Below, in pieces: positions 1 to 12,597 of a stretch of DNA of 64,000 nt. The notes under the pieces were generated by a model. That model was not told the origin of the DNA and did not search any database. It saw only the letters and a list, made by a program, of their open reading frames with translations. A program made the translations under genes and the position numbers. Each line of letters begins with the position of its first letter. The stretch's first letter is position 1. The stretch is from Paraspadella gotoi (Eukaryota > Animalia > Chaetognatha), in contig CM119269.1 in the NCBI GenBank assembly GCA_051294375.1, forward strand, positions 9,546,782 through 9,610,781, in the 5' to 3' direction.

Positions 1-96
1 AAAAGTGATCAGTGAAAATCGTTCGCGATGGAAATTCTTAACTGAGATTCGTCGCTTCGTCGCGACGTGATATTTAATTCTAAATACACTAAATAC

Positions 97-3000
97 CAGG
101 TGGCAATCGATGGAACCAAAGGATTCCATCTCACCAAAATCTCATTTCTCTTCGAGATTGGAATACCGACTGGATTGCAGATTAGACTGATCATTTGATT
201 AACCATTTCGACCATTTTATTCTCATTAATATTCAGATACAACAAAAAATAATTAATAATTAATGAACAATTGAACATAGTACGAATAAGTACAATCTTT
301 TTGATACAAATTAAATCCAAATTTCTCTAAAAATGGCAATGGAGGTAGAAGATGACATTACACTCACTGGGATGATGACAATGGAAGTAAAAGATGACAT
401 GACACTCACTGGGATGATGACAATGGAGGTAGAAGATGACAGCTCCGTTAAGGACGGCCGTGTTGAGAAATCCCAAGGAAACGAGTGACGTCATTGCGGA
501 AAGAATTCCGTTCAACTGACGAAGGGAAATTCGAACGTCGTGGATGTCTGACAAAGGAGATATATATATATATATATATAAATATTAAAATTGACAAATA
601 GGAAGACCTACTGATTAGGAAGATGACAAGCGAAATGAAAAAAAAAATTTAAAGACAACTAAGAAGACAAATAAAAATGACAAAGAAATAGACTATAATA
701 CAAAATAATTAAAAAGGATAATAACCATTTTTCAAATGTAACTCGCGATAGATTGCTTGCTCCGACCTTTCATTGCTTGCTTGAGCGACGTGACCCGATC
801 GTCCAGCTTGTAAGTAAGATTGGTGATCAAGAAGCAAAGGAGCTCGCACTCTGTCACGTAATTGATTACCACAGCGACGTTGACCGCTTGAAAGTAAATG
901 ATGCCCAAATACCTAGATTCAATTAGAATTAACATTTAAATTTTAATAATAAGTTTTTTCTCAATTTTTAAAATTTATCTTTGAGTATAATAAATAGTTT
1001 GGCAACAGTATTGTATAAGTAAATATTTTAATGAATTTATGGGTATTCTTGCACTAGATTTATGATTTTAAACAAATCTCACTCCAGGCTGATCATGACT
1101 CCAGTAAAGACAGGACCGAGGTCGGCCGGAACGTGGCCGCTCCAGTGAAGAAATTGAGCGTAGAAGAGGATGTTGCCGATTCCACCGGAAGAGGCGCTAA
1201 TGGAAGGGAGAGATGGATGGATGGATGGATGGATAAATGGAAGAAAGAGAGATTAATGGATGGATAGGAATGGAAGGATAGAAAGATAGATGGACGAAGG
1301 AATGGATGGGTAGAGAGGAAATGATTTAAGGACTGATTGGTCGATTTATAAAATGGATAGATGGAGAAAAAGGAAGGAAGGATAGATGGATGTAGGGATG
1401 TATATAGATGGATGTATTGGTAGATTTCTAGATAAGTAGATTGAAGCATTGGTAATTTGAGAATGAGATAAATATACACCAGAATGAATGGAAATGAGCG
1501 ACAGATAATTATACAGCAAGCACGCTTTGGCCCTACGAACAGACAATATAATCTCCATCTGGACGGACGTACCGATAACCTTCAGACAGACACCTGTAGA
1601 GAAATCTCAAGAACATTCCCAGCAGCAGCCAGGCGAGACCCCCGACTAAGTAAATCCTCAGCTTCTTCGTAATCCTGCGCTGCAGGCGGACAATCCCCCC
1701 GCCGCTGCCGCCGCCGACGCCGCCGCTCGGAACCGCCAGGGACATTTTCTCCATGACGCCGTAGAGTTGCTCGTGTTCGCGAATGCGTTCCGCGTAGAAG
1801 CCCAAACCGTAGGCTGGGGGAAGAGTTGAAGGGATGGGGGAAGGGATGGGGGAAGGGAGGAAGGGATGGGGGGAAGGGATGGTGGAAGATATATAGGAAG
1901 ATGTGGAAAAGTGAGAGGAGATAAGGGGAAGGGATGGAGACGAAAAATTAAAACATTATCTAAAGATTAGTCTAGATTCTCTGCATTTCATTAATGTTGT
2001 GAGCATCGAAAGCTCAATTTTTAAGTTCACTCTTTTATTCAACGATTGTTACATATCTTTTTTCTTTTTTCATTTACCCAGAAAATGAAGCAACGAAGGA
2101 AGAATATAAGTTGAGAACCAATGATAACATTTTTGTCGAATGTGGTGATCGTTGTCAAGGTCAGCATCTTTGCTCGGCGTTTCTGAACGAGAAAATAAGA
2201 ATTTGAATGTAGTAAATTGTTTAAAGTTTAATAAAATAATCGTAAATTTCCTGAATTCAAGCTTAACGGGTATCCCGGACAGTCTCACGCGTTCAGCCGG
2301 TCACCCTGAAAGGACAACTGGCAATGTGAACCCAACCATCACAATGCGGTCCTCACCAGTTCCATTTGGTTCGACAGCGAGGACATCGTAATTTCCCGCA
2401 CAAGCAAAGAGATCGAATATGTAGGAGAAGAGGAGTAAAAAGACGACGAAGAGAGGGTAAGTCACGTTGAGCAACGAGTAGAGCCGCAGCTTCCACTTAC
2501 CCGTCAAGTAAGTGTCTTGACCAAACTTTCTCCAACCTGAGAGAGGAAGGAGTTTTGTATTTTTATGTATGTATGTATGTTTCAAGATTAAAACTAAATA
2601 TTTTATTCAGAAATTTATGAATGATGATTATAATGATAATATGAAATTATTTTAGAGATTTGAAGTAAATGAAATAATGCCAATAATAATTAAAAATAAT
2701 ATTTAAAAAAAAATAACCCTAAAATTCCTTATTCCGAAACAAATGCCACTTCAATATCTCGATAAAATTTTAGGTTCGATATTGCTTCGCGATTGATTCA
2801 AATCGAACGCTTCCTTTCACATTGCCTTATGATTGGTCCGCCGTGCTCGACGAATGATAGCGCGACGCGAGGGCGACGACGTGACGTTAAACAAACAAGA
2901 GAAAAGTGAGCGTTACTTTTCGTCCTTACCCTCGATCGACGCTTTACCCTCTCCGCGCGATTTTCCTTCTTCTCTCTCCGGTTAATTTTGCTGTCTCTAA

Positions 3001-6000
3001 ATTTCGTCGAAACTCAACGATGCTGTTGGTGGCGTCTGCGTTGCTATTGGCGACGGCGTTCGTCGCCGAAGCGAAGGTCTACTTCCAGGAAGAGTTCTTG
3101 GATGGAGGTGAGAAATGCTCGATGTTTTGATGTTTTGACTTTTTGTTTCGTGCTCTTTTTGACTGAATTTTAAACTCGAATTTTAAGAGTTTAACCCATA
3201 CGTTATTTTCTTAACTAAAACTCCACTTAACTGATCCACCGTCGGTTTTCTTCGGCCCCACCCACCCCCCTCACACAGACGGCTACCTCTCCCGATGGAC
3301 GCCGTCTACGTTCAAAGGCGCCGATCAGGGCGCCTTCGACGTTAGCGCCGGGAAATTCTACGGCGACGCCGAGAGAGACAAAGGACTGAGAACGACCCAA
3401 GACGCGAGGTTCTACGGAATCTCGACCAAATTCGAGTCGTTTTCGAACGAAGGAAAAACGCTCGTCGTTCAGTTTCAGGTCCAGAGGATGGCGATGTTGA
3501 ATATGACAATCTGGTCTAATGAATCAACCTGGTTGGTTTGAATCTTACCCTCGTGTCTTTTCTTTTTGAAGATGTCTTACCCGGTTAACTGGCCTCTTAT
3601 ATTAGCTTTTTAGGTTCAGTGATGAATATAAATTCCTCGTGCGATCTGAGGTTATTTTTAGCATAATTGTCTAATGTAAGTAGTTTAATTGGATATCAAT
3701 TTATCATTACTTATGTCTCTCTCTCCTTCCCCTCCCTCTCCCAAAGGCGAAGCACGAACAGAACATCGACTGCGGTGGCGGCTACATCAAAGTCTTTGAC
3801 TCCAGCCTCGACTCTCAGCAGATGCACGGGGACACGCCTTATCTCATCATGTTCGGGCCGGACATTTGCGGCAACACGAAAAAGGTGCGGTATTGAGAAG
3901 TTGCGGTGAAGTTGGGCGGGGCAGATGGGAATTTTAAGTTTAATAGCTGTTAGAGAAGTTTGTAAGATAAACTGAAAAAATAAACTTAATTTATTGTTTA
4001 TATAAATTAATTTTAGCTTTCTTTTGCCCACCATTTTTACAGGTTCACGTGATATTCGCCTACCAGGGAACAAATCACTTGCTCAAAAAGGAAGTCGCTT
4101 GCCAGCACGACGAGTTCACGCATTTGTACACGCTCATCGTGCGGCCGGACAACACGTACGAGGTCCGAGTGGACGGACAGCGCGAGGAGGGCGGCTCGCT
4201 GGAGGAAGATTGGGACATGCTGCCCCCTCAAGAGATCGAGGATCCGGCTCAGAGCAAACCAGCCGATTGGGTGGACGATGCGGAGATGGATGACCCAGCG
4301 GATGTGAAGCCAGAAGATTGGGACCAACCTCAGCACATTGAGGACCCCAAGGTAAGTGATGTAAATGGAGATTTTAAAGTGGGGGTCAGTTTGCTTTGCG
4401 ATTTTGCTTTCTGAAAATTTTAAAATTTAAACGCGTTAAAATTAAAGTTTGAACATTATAAGGAGTAAAAAGAACTTATTAAATTTATTATTCCTTTTCC
4501 GCTTCCCCCTTTCGCCTCCCAAAGGCTGAGAAACCCTCCGATTGGGACGACGAGATGGACGGAGAGTGGGAGGCACCAGGGATCAATAACCCAGATTACA
4601 AAGGAGAATGGAAGCCCAAGCGGATCCCCAACCCTGCGTACAAGGGCGTCTGGGTCCATCCTAAGATCCCCAACCCAGCCTACGCTCCAAATCCCTTACT
4701 CTATCGTTACGGGGACATCGCGGCTGTTGGCTTCGATCTTTGGCAGGTGAGTTAAGTCTTTGTTTTGTCTTTGTTTCTTTCGTTTCGTCCTTTGTTTCGC
4801 CTTCAATCCCGACCATCCAAATACCAATTCTCCATTCAGGTCAAGTCTGGCACGATCTTCGACAATGTCTTCGTCGGCGACGACGTCGACGAAGCAGACG
4901 CCTTCGCCAAACGAACCTTCGAGTTGACGACGAAGGAAGAGAAGAAGATGAAGGAAAAGATGGAGGAAAATGAGAAGAAAGATGAGGAGAAGGACGAGGA
5001 GAAGGACGAGGAAAAGAAAGAGGAAGAGGACGAGTCTGAAGATGAAGAAAAGGAGGAAGAAGAAGAGGAAGAGGAAGGCCCAAATGTGACGGAGGAAGGA
5101 GGAGAGAAGAAAGACGAATTATGATAAAGTTGTTCTCACTTTCGATCGAGAGTTTAGTCGCGTGACTCTAAATGTTAATTTACTATTTTTTCGAAATCTT
5201 GATCGATGAGTCGTATTAAATTTTAATCATTTTATTATTTGTCAAAAATTTCCAGCGGTTTTAGCCAATAAATTCATACAAACCTGCGTTTAATTTATAG
5301 TCTTCTTATTAAACGAAGTCTAGACAGGCGAGATTAAGAATTGGCGAGAAGGAAAATTAGTGAAAAACTTTGTGATGACGCCACACTTTTACGGTCAACT
5401 CAATTAGTCAGTTCCCTGCGGTTTGATAATGAAAATGTTTAAATAAAATTATCTACAAGTCGAAACCTTTTGGAACGTGCGACCCAAATGCATTTTCTAC
5501 CTTGGGAAATTTTATACCTAGTTCTTAGGAAAACCTTACCCTAAACTCACCTATGAAGACCAACCAGAGGCGGAACGGCTTCAAGATTTTCATCTTGCAC
5601 CAACGCAATGTGGTCCCAACATTGCGCGAGTTTTCATTGCCGACGCAATCCGGGTCAGAGTCGCAAATTATCAGATGGCTGAGGTTGGGAAATTGGTTTT
5701 GGGTCCCCTTTTAGCAATTTTTATATTTAAATATAAAGCATTTGACAGATTTCGCATATAAATCCAACTAAAGTCTCAAAAAACTGTAATTCGGACTGTT
5801 TGTTTCGTGAGCAAAAACAGGAATTTCGTGTACTCTCTAAAATATATTTGTTTAAAGACCGGTATTAATATATTGGCACTTAAGGTAAATCTGAGTTTCC
5901 AAACACCAAAGAGCGCGAGAGAAAGAGAAAGATAGAGAGACATCGCCGACGAGGATCACGGTTTTTCGTTTATTGCCGCCAACGATTCTCATCTGATTAA

Positions 6001-6471
6001 CTCACGGCTCATTTGACCTTTAAGATTTTCTCTGGCATTAAGTAACTCTCTCAAGTAGACGCTGCTTAAATATCGCTGCTTCTCAGACCAAGTCACTTAC
6101 CATTTCTCGGATTTTGCCATTTTTCAGACCGTGCCACTTTTAATACACTTGGACCGTGCCTCTCCTTGGACACTGCCACTTCTCAGACTTTACCACTCCT
6201 CTAACTTTGCCCTCTCTCACTTCTCCCATTTTCACCTGACGTCGTCGAATCTCACTGATTCAGTTTCTTCGTTCGGAATTTGAGATCCAACGATTAAAAC
6301 TTTGGAGACGCGACGGTTGACGCTCGTGGATGACGCATTACGCCTCACGCTTCCGCTTGCGGAGACGTGACGGTTGACGCTTATAGAAGACGCGTTACGT
6401 TTGACGCTCGCGCCGTAGGAGACCGATTTACGGTTGTCGCTTTCGTCCGTAACTTCGTTTTGTGACGGCAT
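97..6471 (-). CDS. Gustatory-receptor-like / 7TM ion channel superfamily protein (GrlHz/DUF3537-like), spliced, 3' end beyond window start
   Basis: Exons in transcript order: 6471-6236, 5678-5551, 2536-2357, 2182-2078, 1813-1594, 1196-1083, 912-767, 547-410 (alternative donor at 368), 169-97. All introns are GT-AG with matching phases, giving one open frame of ~446 codons. Peptide segments LRWCKMKILKPFRLWLVFIG|WRKF, YPLFVVFLLLFSYIFDLFAC, CYHWFSTYILPSLLHFLAYGLGFY..EHEQLYGVMEK and VNVAVVINYVTECELLCFLI..LKQAMKDIHDVRISLRQLNG match my recollection of the holozoan GrlHz-type family. The gene model is solid; the family call is from memory, not a search. Confidence 0.75.
337..441 (-). repeat. 42-bp tandem repeat (~2.5 copies) spanning an exon/intron junction
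   Basis: CAATGGAGGTAGAAGATGACA-type units start at 337, 379 and 421; each full unit encodes VIFYxHCHHPSECx and contains a CA|GTGAGT donor. Confidence 0.9.
1205..1450. repeat. Degenerate (GGAT/AGAT)n intronic microsatellite
   Basis: Runs of gatg/gata tetramers in the intron between exons 1813-1594 and 1196-1083. Confidence 0.8.
2831..2888 (+). promoter_or_regulatory. Putative calreticulin proximal promoter (inverted CCAAT box plus ACGT-core motifs)
   Basis: GATTGGTCCG at 2831 and GACGTGACGT at 2878, 130-190 bp upstream of the ATG, in a CpG-rich patch inside AT-rich intron. Only partial matches to ERSE-II/UPRE consensus. Confidence 0.35.
3020..5124 (+). CDS. CALR: Calreticulin, 6 coding exons, 413 aa
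   Basis: Exons 3020-3107, 3279-3478, 3747-3884, 4043-4351, 4525-4746 and 4840-5124 (1242 nt, GT-AG, in frame). Signal peptide MLLVASALLLATAFVAEA; KHEQNIDCGGGYIK and IMFGPDICG signatures; three (I/M)xDPxxxKPxDW and three GxWxxxxIxNPxY P-domain repeats; DLWQVKSGTIFDN; acidic tail; C-terminal KDEL. Confidence 0.98.
5267..5272 (+). terminator. Candidate polyadenylation signal of calreticulin
   Basis: First AATAAA after the TGA, ~140 nt downstream of it and still inside the host intron. Confidence 0.5.
6304..6441 (-). repeat. 57-bp coding tandem repeat (19 aa, ~2.5 copies) in exon 1 of the receptor-like gene
   Basis: GGAGAC units at 6304, 6361 and 6418; protein SVKRNASSISVNRHVSASG / SVRRNASSTSVNRRVS. 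Confidence 0.8.
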
Positions 6472-6902
6472 CGCGCCCTCCGTTGATAAGATGTTAAAAT
6501 GTTGTTGAATTATATTTTGTTCTTTTAATTTTAATCCGGATTTATTTTTAAAGATTTCTCTCTAATCATTATTTTTCAGTTTATTAATTTTGTTATTTTT
6601 CTTTCTATCAATTCGAGTTTCCAACCTTTAATTTCGACTTCGAAAATGTTTTCTTATCTCGAAATAAGATTCTGTCTCCAACTGATTTTAATCTTAATCT
6701 TAATTTTAATCTCGGAAGACATTCGCATTGATTACATACAGGGTACTATTGTTTGATAACTTTTTTCTTTAACTTTAAACGTTTTGGTTGAATAAGTTTA
6801 ATTTTACACTTATTTCGTAATCTTGACATTAAAAGAAGTTCGAGATGGGAAGGTAAGGGTAATGAAGGTAAGGGATGGGGGGATTAATCCCTTGATGGTC
6901 AG

Positions 6903-6954
<52 letters not shown>

Positions 6955-8258
6955 TTTTTATTAATTCTATTATACCCAGTGTGTGCGATGACACTAAATA
7001 CTTTCTTTATCTTAGACTTGAAATGTTTTTTCTCGAACAATAAAAGTTTAAATGTGGGGTTTTTGTACTCGAGGTAAGAAACCTATTTTATCCTTTATAA
7101 GTACCATTCTCGAGTGTAGGCAAGCCCGATGTGCAGAATATTGTGCGCTAGATTCGCACTCCTAAGCGTAGTCAAACGCGGGGTGCGAAAGAAAACCGAG
7201 TTTGACTCACGCTCTCGGCAATTTCCGCTCCGTGAGAAGTGAGGCCAACTGTGAAAGTTGTCACTTGCCTCTCACTGCCACCTGGAATTAGGTCGATTCG
7301 AAACAGAAGAGCAAAACAAAGCAGAAAAAAAGGGGGGAAAAAAGGGCAAAAGGAGCAAAAGTGGTTAAAAGGAAAGAAAAGAAAAGGGAAAAAAAGAAAC
7401 AAAGGTGGTTAAAAAGAACGGGAAAGAAGAAAGGTCGTCGTTTTTCAGCAATGATTATAAAACAAGAAGTCGCAATTAAATAGTAATTGTAATATTAATT
7501 ATTTATTATAAAAAATTGCAAGATTACTTGTTTTACTATATCAGACTTTAAAATTTTTTATTAAAATATCAAATAAATGTAAAAATTTATTTTATTTAAT
7601 TAATTTAATATTATTTAACTTAATTTAATTTAATATAATTTAACTTAATTTATTTAATTAATTTATTTTAATTATATTATAATATAAATATAATATAAGT
7701 TTAAAACTAATTAATATAGTAAACACTGATAAAAGTCTTGTATTTGAACTTCGAGTTTCGTTTGCCATTAAGATTACAGCTATAACGATTAACCTGATGC
7801 TGCTCTCTCTCTCTCTCTCTCTCGCTTTTCTTATTTCCTTCGCCTTACCTCGCCTTACTTTTCCTTACTTTCTTCGCTCTTTGACATTTTCCAAGTTATC
7901 ATTTGACTTACATCTTTTTTCTCAACCTGACTGCGGCATGTCTCGCCATGAATCGCCATGCCTCGCCTTGCTGGTTAGCTTTCGATTCGTTTCAGCACTA
8001 GACCGCCGACTGTCAGCCAACGCCGGCTCTAACGCCGCCGCCACCGCCGCCACCGCCGCACCGCCAACGCCGCGCCGCCCCGCAACCGCCACCACCGCCG
8101 CCACCGCCACCGCCGCCGTTTCGAAATGTGTTCGTCGCAATAAACGAATAATTTTAGGAGATTTTATTTCTTTTCTTTTTTTTCTTTTTTTGTTCTTTTT
8201 TCGTCTTTCATTACCGATTGGCATTCGGCCCCGTCTATATATATGCGCTTTCTCCTCT

Positions 8259-8325
<67 letters not shown>

Positions 8326-8356
8326 TCTCTCTCAATTTCTTTTTTCTTTTCATTTT

Positions 8357-8583
8357 CTTTTCCCAACTTTCATTTCCTTTTCTCCACTTTTCAATTTAGT
8401 CTCTCCGAGGTGGAAATGGAAATAGAAAGGCAGAAGGCTGCCGCTGCCCCCGGCCGCTGCTGGCGCTGCCCCTGCAGTTCCTGCCGCCCTCAATGCTGCT
8501 GGAGCTCGGCTAGCGTGCGGAGATTGCTTGAGCGAGGCTGAGGCTGGAATTGCTGTATTCCAGCCGCTTCCAAACACCCAACT

Positions 8584-8630
<47 letters not shown>

Positions 8631-8632
8631 AC

Positions 8633-8671
<39 letters not shown>

Positions 8672-9002
8672 GAGAGAAGAGAAGAGAGAGAGAGGAGAGA
8701 GAGAGAAAGAGAGAGAGAAAGAGAGAAACGTCATCAGAAAAGCGAGAAGATTCTTCAACGGAGTATAGTCTCGTATCCTGAACCGACGGGCTGGTCGTCC
8801 TGGTTCGTCGTCGCCGTCGTCATCGTAATCGTCGTCATTGTCGTCTCGTCGTCGTCGTCATCGTCGGCTAACGCGTCGTTTCGTTTTTCTCGTCCCACGT
8901 AACGTCTTTGAAAGGCAATAAAACCTCCTTGTTCAATGGGTTGGCCTTCGAGGTGGGGACCTGGGCTGGGATGGGGTGGGTTGGGGAGGATAGAGAAAGA
9001 GA

Positions 9003-9074
<72 letters not shown>

Positions 9075-9905
9075 AGAGTGATACTTGAGAGTTGGCCAGT
9101 TCCATCGTCGGCAGTGGAACCAGTCATCTTGATGCCAAAACCATTCTCTCTCCCAGAAAGAGAAGTGAACGGAAAGTAGTTATGACCAAACAGAGCTGCA
9201 TATTTAGAACGATGCGACAAAGTCAAAACGTAGCAGAGAGAACAGAGCATCATTATCACAGGGATGTAGTGATAAGAGTGGTAATTAAAAAAACCCTTGA
9301 TGAATTTATAGAAACAATAAATATTGGCGAGACTTTTTGTTTGTTATTTGGGAGGAATTCGCCTTAAGTGTCGCATTTAAGTTATTTCTCTTTGCTTTCC
9401 TTTTCTTAATTTTCTTTTTTTCTTTCTTTCTTTTTTCCGTTTTTTTTCCTTCTCCATCCCTTAATTTTATCCTTTTCTTTTCTCATTTCTCATTAATTCT
9501 TTCTTTTCTTTCTTTTTCCCCAAATTTCCAACCGAACTTTCATCCTTCATCCTTTTCTCCCTTCACTTCCAACTCTACGTTAATCCCACCCACCCATCCA
9601 CCCACCTGATCACTCCACCCATCCCCCCACCTCATTATTCCACCTCCCATCCATCCCACCTTTTATCACTCCACCCACTCCACCCACCTCTAATCCACTC
9701 CACCCCATCACCCACCTTTATCACTCCTCCCATCCACCCACCTCTCTCACTCCACCCATCCCACCCACCCTTAATATCACTCCACCCATCCACCACCTTT
9801 ATCCTCACACCACCCACCCACCCCTCTTCATGTCCCTCGAATCTCCTTGTTCTTTTGATTACCGCACCGCCCAATATCAATTCTGACCCAAAATCCCTTC
9901 AACCT

Positions 9906-9936
<31 letters not shown>

Positions 9937-11824
9937 CTCTCTCTCTCTCTCTTTCTCTCTCTCCTCTACTCGGGTGCAGGTCTTTCGTCTCTTCTCATGA
10001 GGATTTCCGTAGAATTTTAATTCTTTCACGACGACGACAACGACGACGACGAAGACGGACGACGCCAATGACGACGACCAACAATGATTCTTCTCTTCCC
10101 TTCTTTCCCTTCGTCTGTTGCATTCTTTGCCCCGAAGTGTCGAAAAACGCCTGTCTCCTCCAATCGTTCCCGCCCTACGAGCAAGAAATTCAGGTCTTTC
10201 CCAGTCTCGTAACCTCTGTAATATGTACTTATGTAATACATTACAATATGCAGCTTAGCTCTCATCATGTAACTTCTTGTATTTTTATGAAAAGGAAGTG
10301 AGAGAAGCAGAGATGAGAGAGCACGAGAGAGAGGAGAGAGAAGAAGCGAGAGAGAGAGAGAGAGAGAGGCAGAGAAGAGAGAGAGAGAGAAACAGATGTT
10401 TTTGTAGACCGCTACCTAATCTCTTTTCATTCATTTGGTTTACTTTAACGCAAAACCACATGTTCTATGACGAATATTCTTTGCAAGCGTTTTAAGTCAT
10501 TTTATTGCATCAACGTATAAATTGTAAGTTTGAATAAAATTTTTGAATTTATACAACATTTTTAAAAACGAATTTTTGTCATTTTCTCTTCATTAGTTTT
10601 ATTATATACTGTCGTTTTTAAAAAATTACTTATCTCCTTTTTTTTCTCCTACTATTGCTCCCATTTTTCCACCACATTCCCATTTAAATAATCTTTCTTT
10701 CTTGAGACATTTTATTCTTTTTTCTCTTATTCATTATTCGAATACATTCTCAAAACCTTTCCCTTGTCTTGTTATTTTCTTCTATTTTCTCTCTCTCTAC
10801 CCTTTTCCCCTCTCCTTCTTTTCCTTTATTTGTTCGTTTCGTAACCTTTTCCTTATTTGCTTCGCGTGTCGCCTCTGCCTGCCCAAATCCGACGACGCGT
10901 CGTTTCATGTCCTCGCTCTACTGATTGCGTCCGTTCGACTTAATAACTCTGATTGCCGTTCCGTTCGATATCAAGTACACTAATGGTCGGTTCGACGAAA
11001 GCGACGACAATTCAGATCCAGGATTTTTTCTATTTCCGTCTTCTATGTCCTAAAACGATGCTTGAAAGGACAATAAAAAAAAAGGTTGAGGAAAAAAATA
11101 GTGAAAAAAAAAGAAAATAAAAATAGGACTTTTCTTGCAATCTCTCCTCCCTTAACCTTCTTTCTTTTCTTTCAACTTTCTTTCCGGTCCGCGTTGCGTA
11201 CTTGTAGACGTAGTGCAATCCTTTTAGGGATTGAGTGCGCGCACAAACTGATCATCGATGCACGCATTCGCACTGTTTTTTCGCTGATTGCGTGCGAAAG
11301 TCTCGACTGTAGACGCATTAACAATGAATCGCGAGTTTGTCGTCTCGCTCTTCTCATCCTCCTTATATTCCTTCCATTTCCTCTCGGTCTCAAATTCGAG
11401 ATTGAAAACGTCTTATCGCGCCATCACATCACTTACATCGCTGTCGCAAGCCACATCACGAAGATTGCCAATACCTTCTTTCTCCTTTTCTTTTCGTTAT
11501 CATGATGTTTCGGTGACTAAGCAAACTCTTTCTCTAATCGCCTTCTCTCCCTTTCTCCTTCTTTCTTCTTCTTCTCCTTCTCCCACTCACTCTCTCTCTC
11601 TCTCTCTTGATTCTCTCTCTCTCTTCTCTCTCTCTCTCTCTCTCTCCTCTTTATCTCTCTCTCTTCTCTCTCTCATCCTGATATCTCCCCTGCGTCAAGG
11701 AAAAGTTTCGCGCTGAAGCCTTTGATGGCGAATCTTAAATTTCCATTAATTGATTCCACGAGAGCGAGAGAAGCACGTTTCGCTCAAACACGCTCCACTA
11801 CTGCTCTCTCTACTCTCTCTCTCG

Positions 11825-11884
<60 letters not shown>

Positions 11885-12162
11885 CTTAATCGCGAGCGAA
11901 CGCTGAACACCTTAAGATTGGAAAGGGTTGGAAAGGGGACAGGTTGGGAAGAGGGGCAGGAAGGGAGGAAAGAGGGAGGAAAAAAAGGAAGAGATTAGGA
12001 GAAAGAAAAAGGGCCAAAAAAAAAGGAAAAAAATATCGGTGAATTAAAGGAACGGGAAGAGGAGGAGGAAGAAATGGGAATAGCAATGGGGCCTTCAGTC
12101 GGAGAAAGAGGGAAAATGGGGGTAGACGAGCGACGATGGGATTCAAGGATTTATTTCGCAAC

Positions 12163-12195
<33 letters not shown>

Positions 12196-12564
12196 CTCTC
12201 TTCTATCTCTCTCCTCTCTCTCCGTCTCCTCTCTCTCTCTCTCTCTCTCTCTACTTCTTAAATCTCCTTACTAAGAGCTGACAAAGAAAAATCTGAGCTA
12301 AGAAAATCTATAAAACAAAAAAGAAATTTATATAAAACTGAGAATTTTCTTATAAATTAACTTATCAAACACCAGGTCTAAAAAAAATAGGAAAAAAAAA
12401 ATTGAAGACAAAACATTTAAAAAGTGAAAAAAAGAAAAGCACAAGATAGAAAAAAAGTTTGAAGAAAATAAAAAGGATCACAAAAACGAATGGGGAAACA
12501 AAGATTCGGCTCTACTTTTGCGGTTTGGGCCAATTTCAATCTCTTCTTGTCTTCTCTCTCTCTC

Positions 12565-12597
<33 letters not shown>

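Noticed and set aside
2289-2305. Possible micro-exon (cag|...|gtgag) in the receptor-like gene
   Set aside because: 17 nt long and introduces TGA in the required phase; the flanking exons already join in frame.
2700-2830. Possible first exon of the minus-strand gene, which would make a head-to-head pair with calreticulin
   Set aside because: Stops in all frames; the in-phase upstream exons are at 5678-5551 and 6471-6236.
7922-8140. Ala/Gly-rich ORF
   Set aside because: Explained by a (CCG/CCA)n tract; no family similarity.
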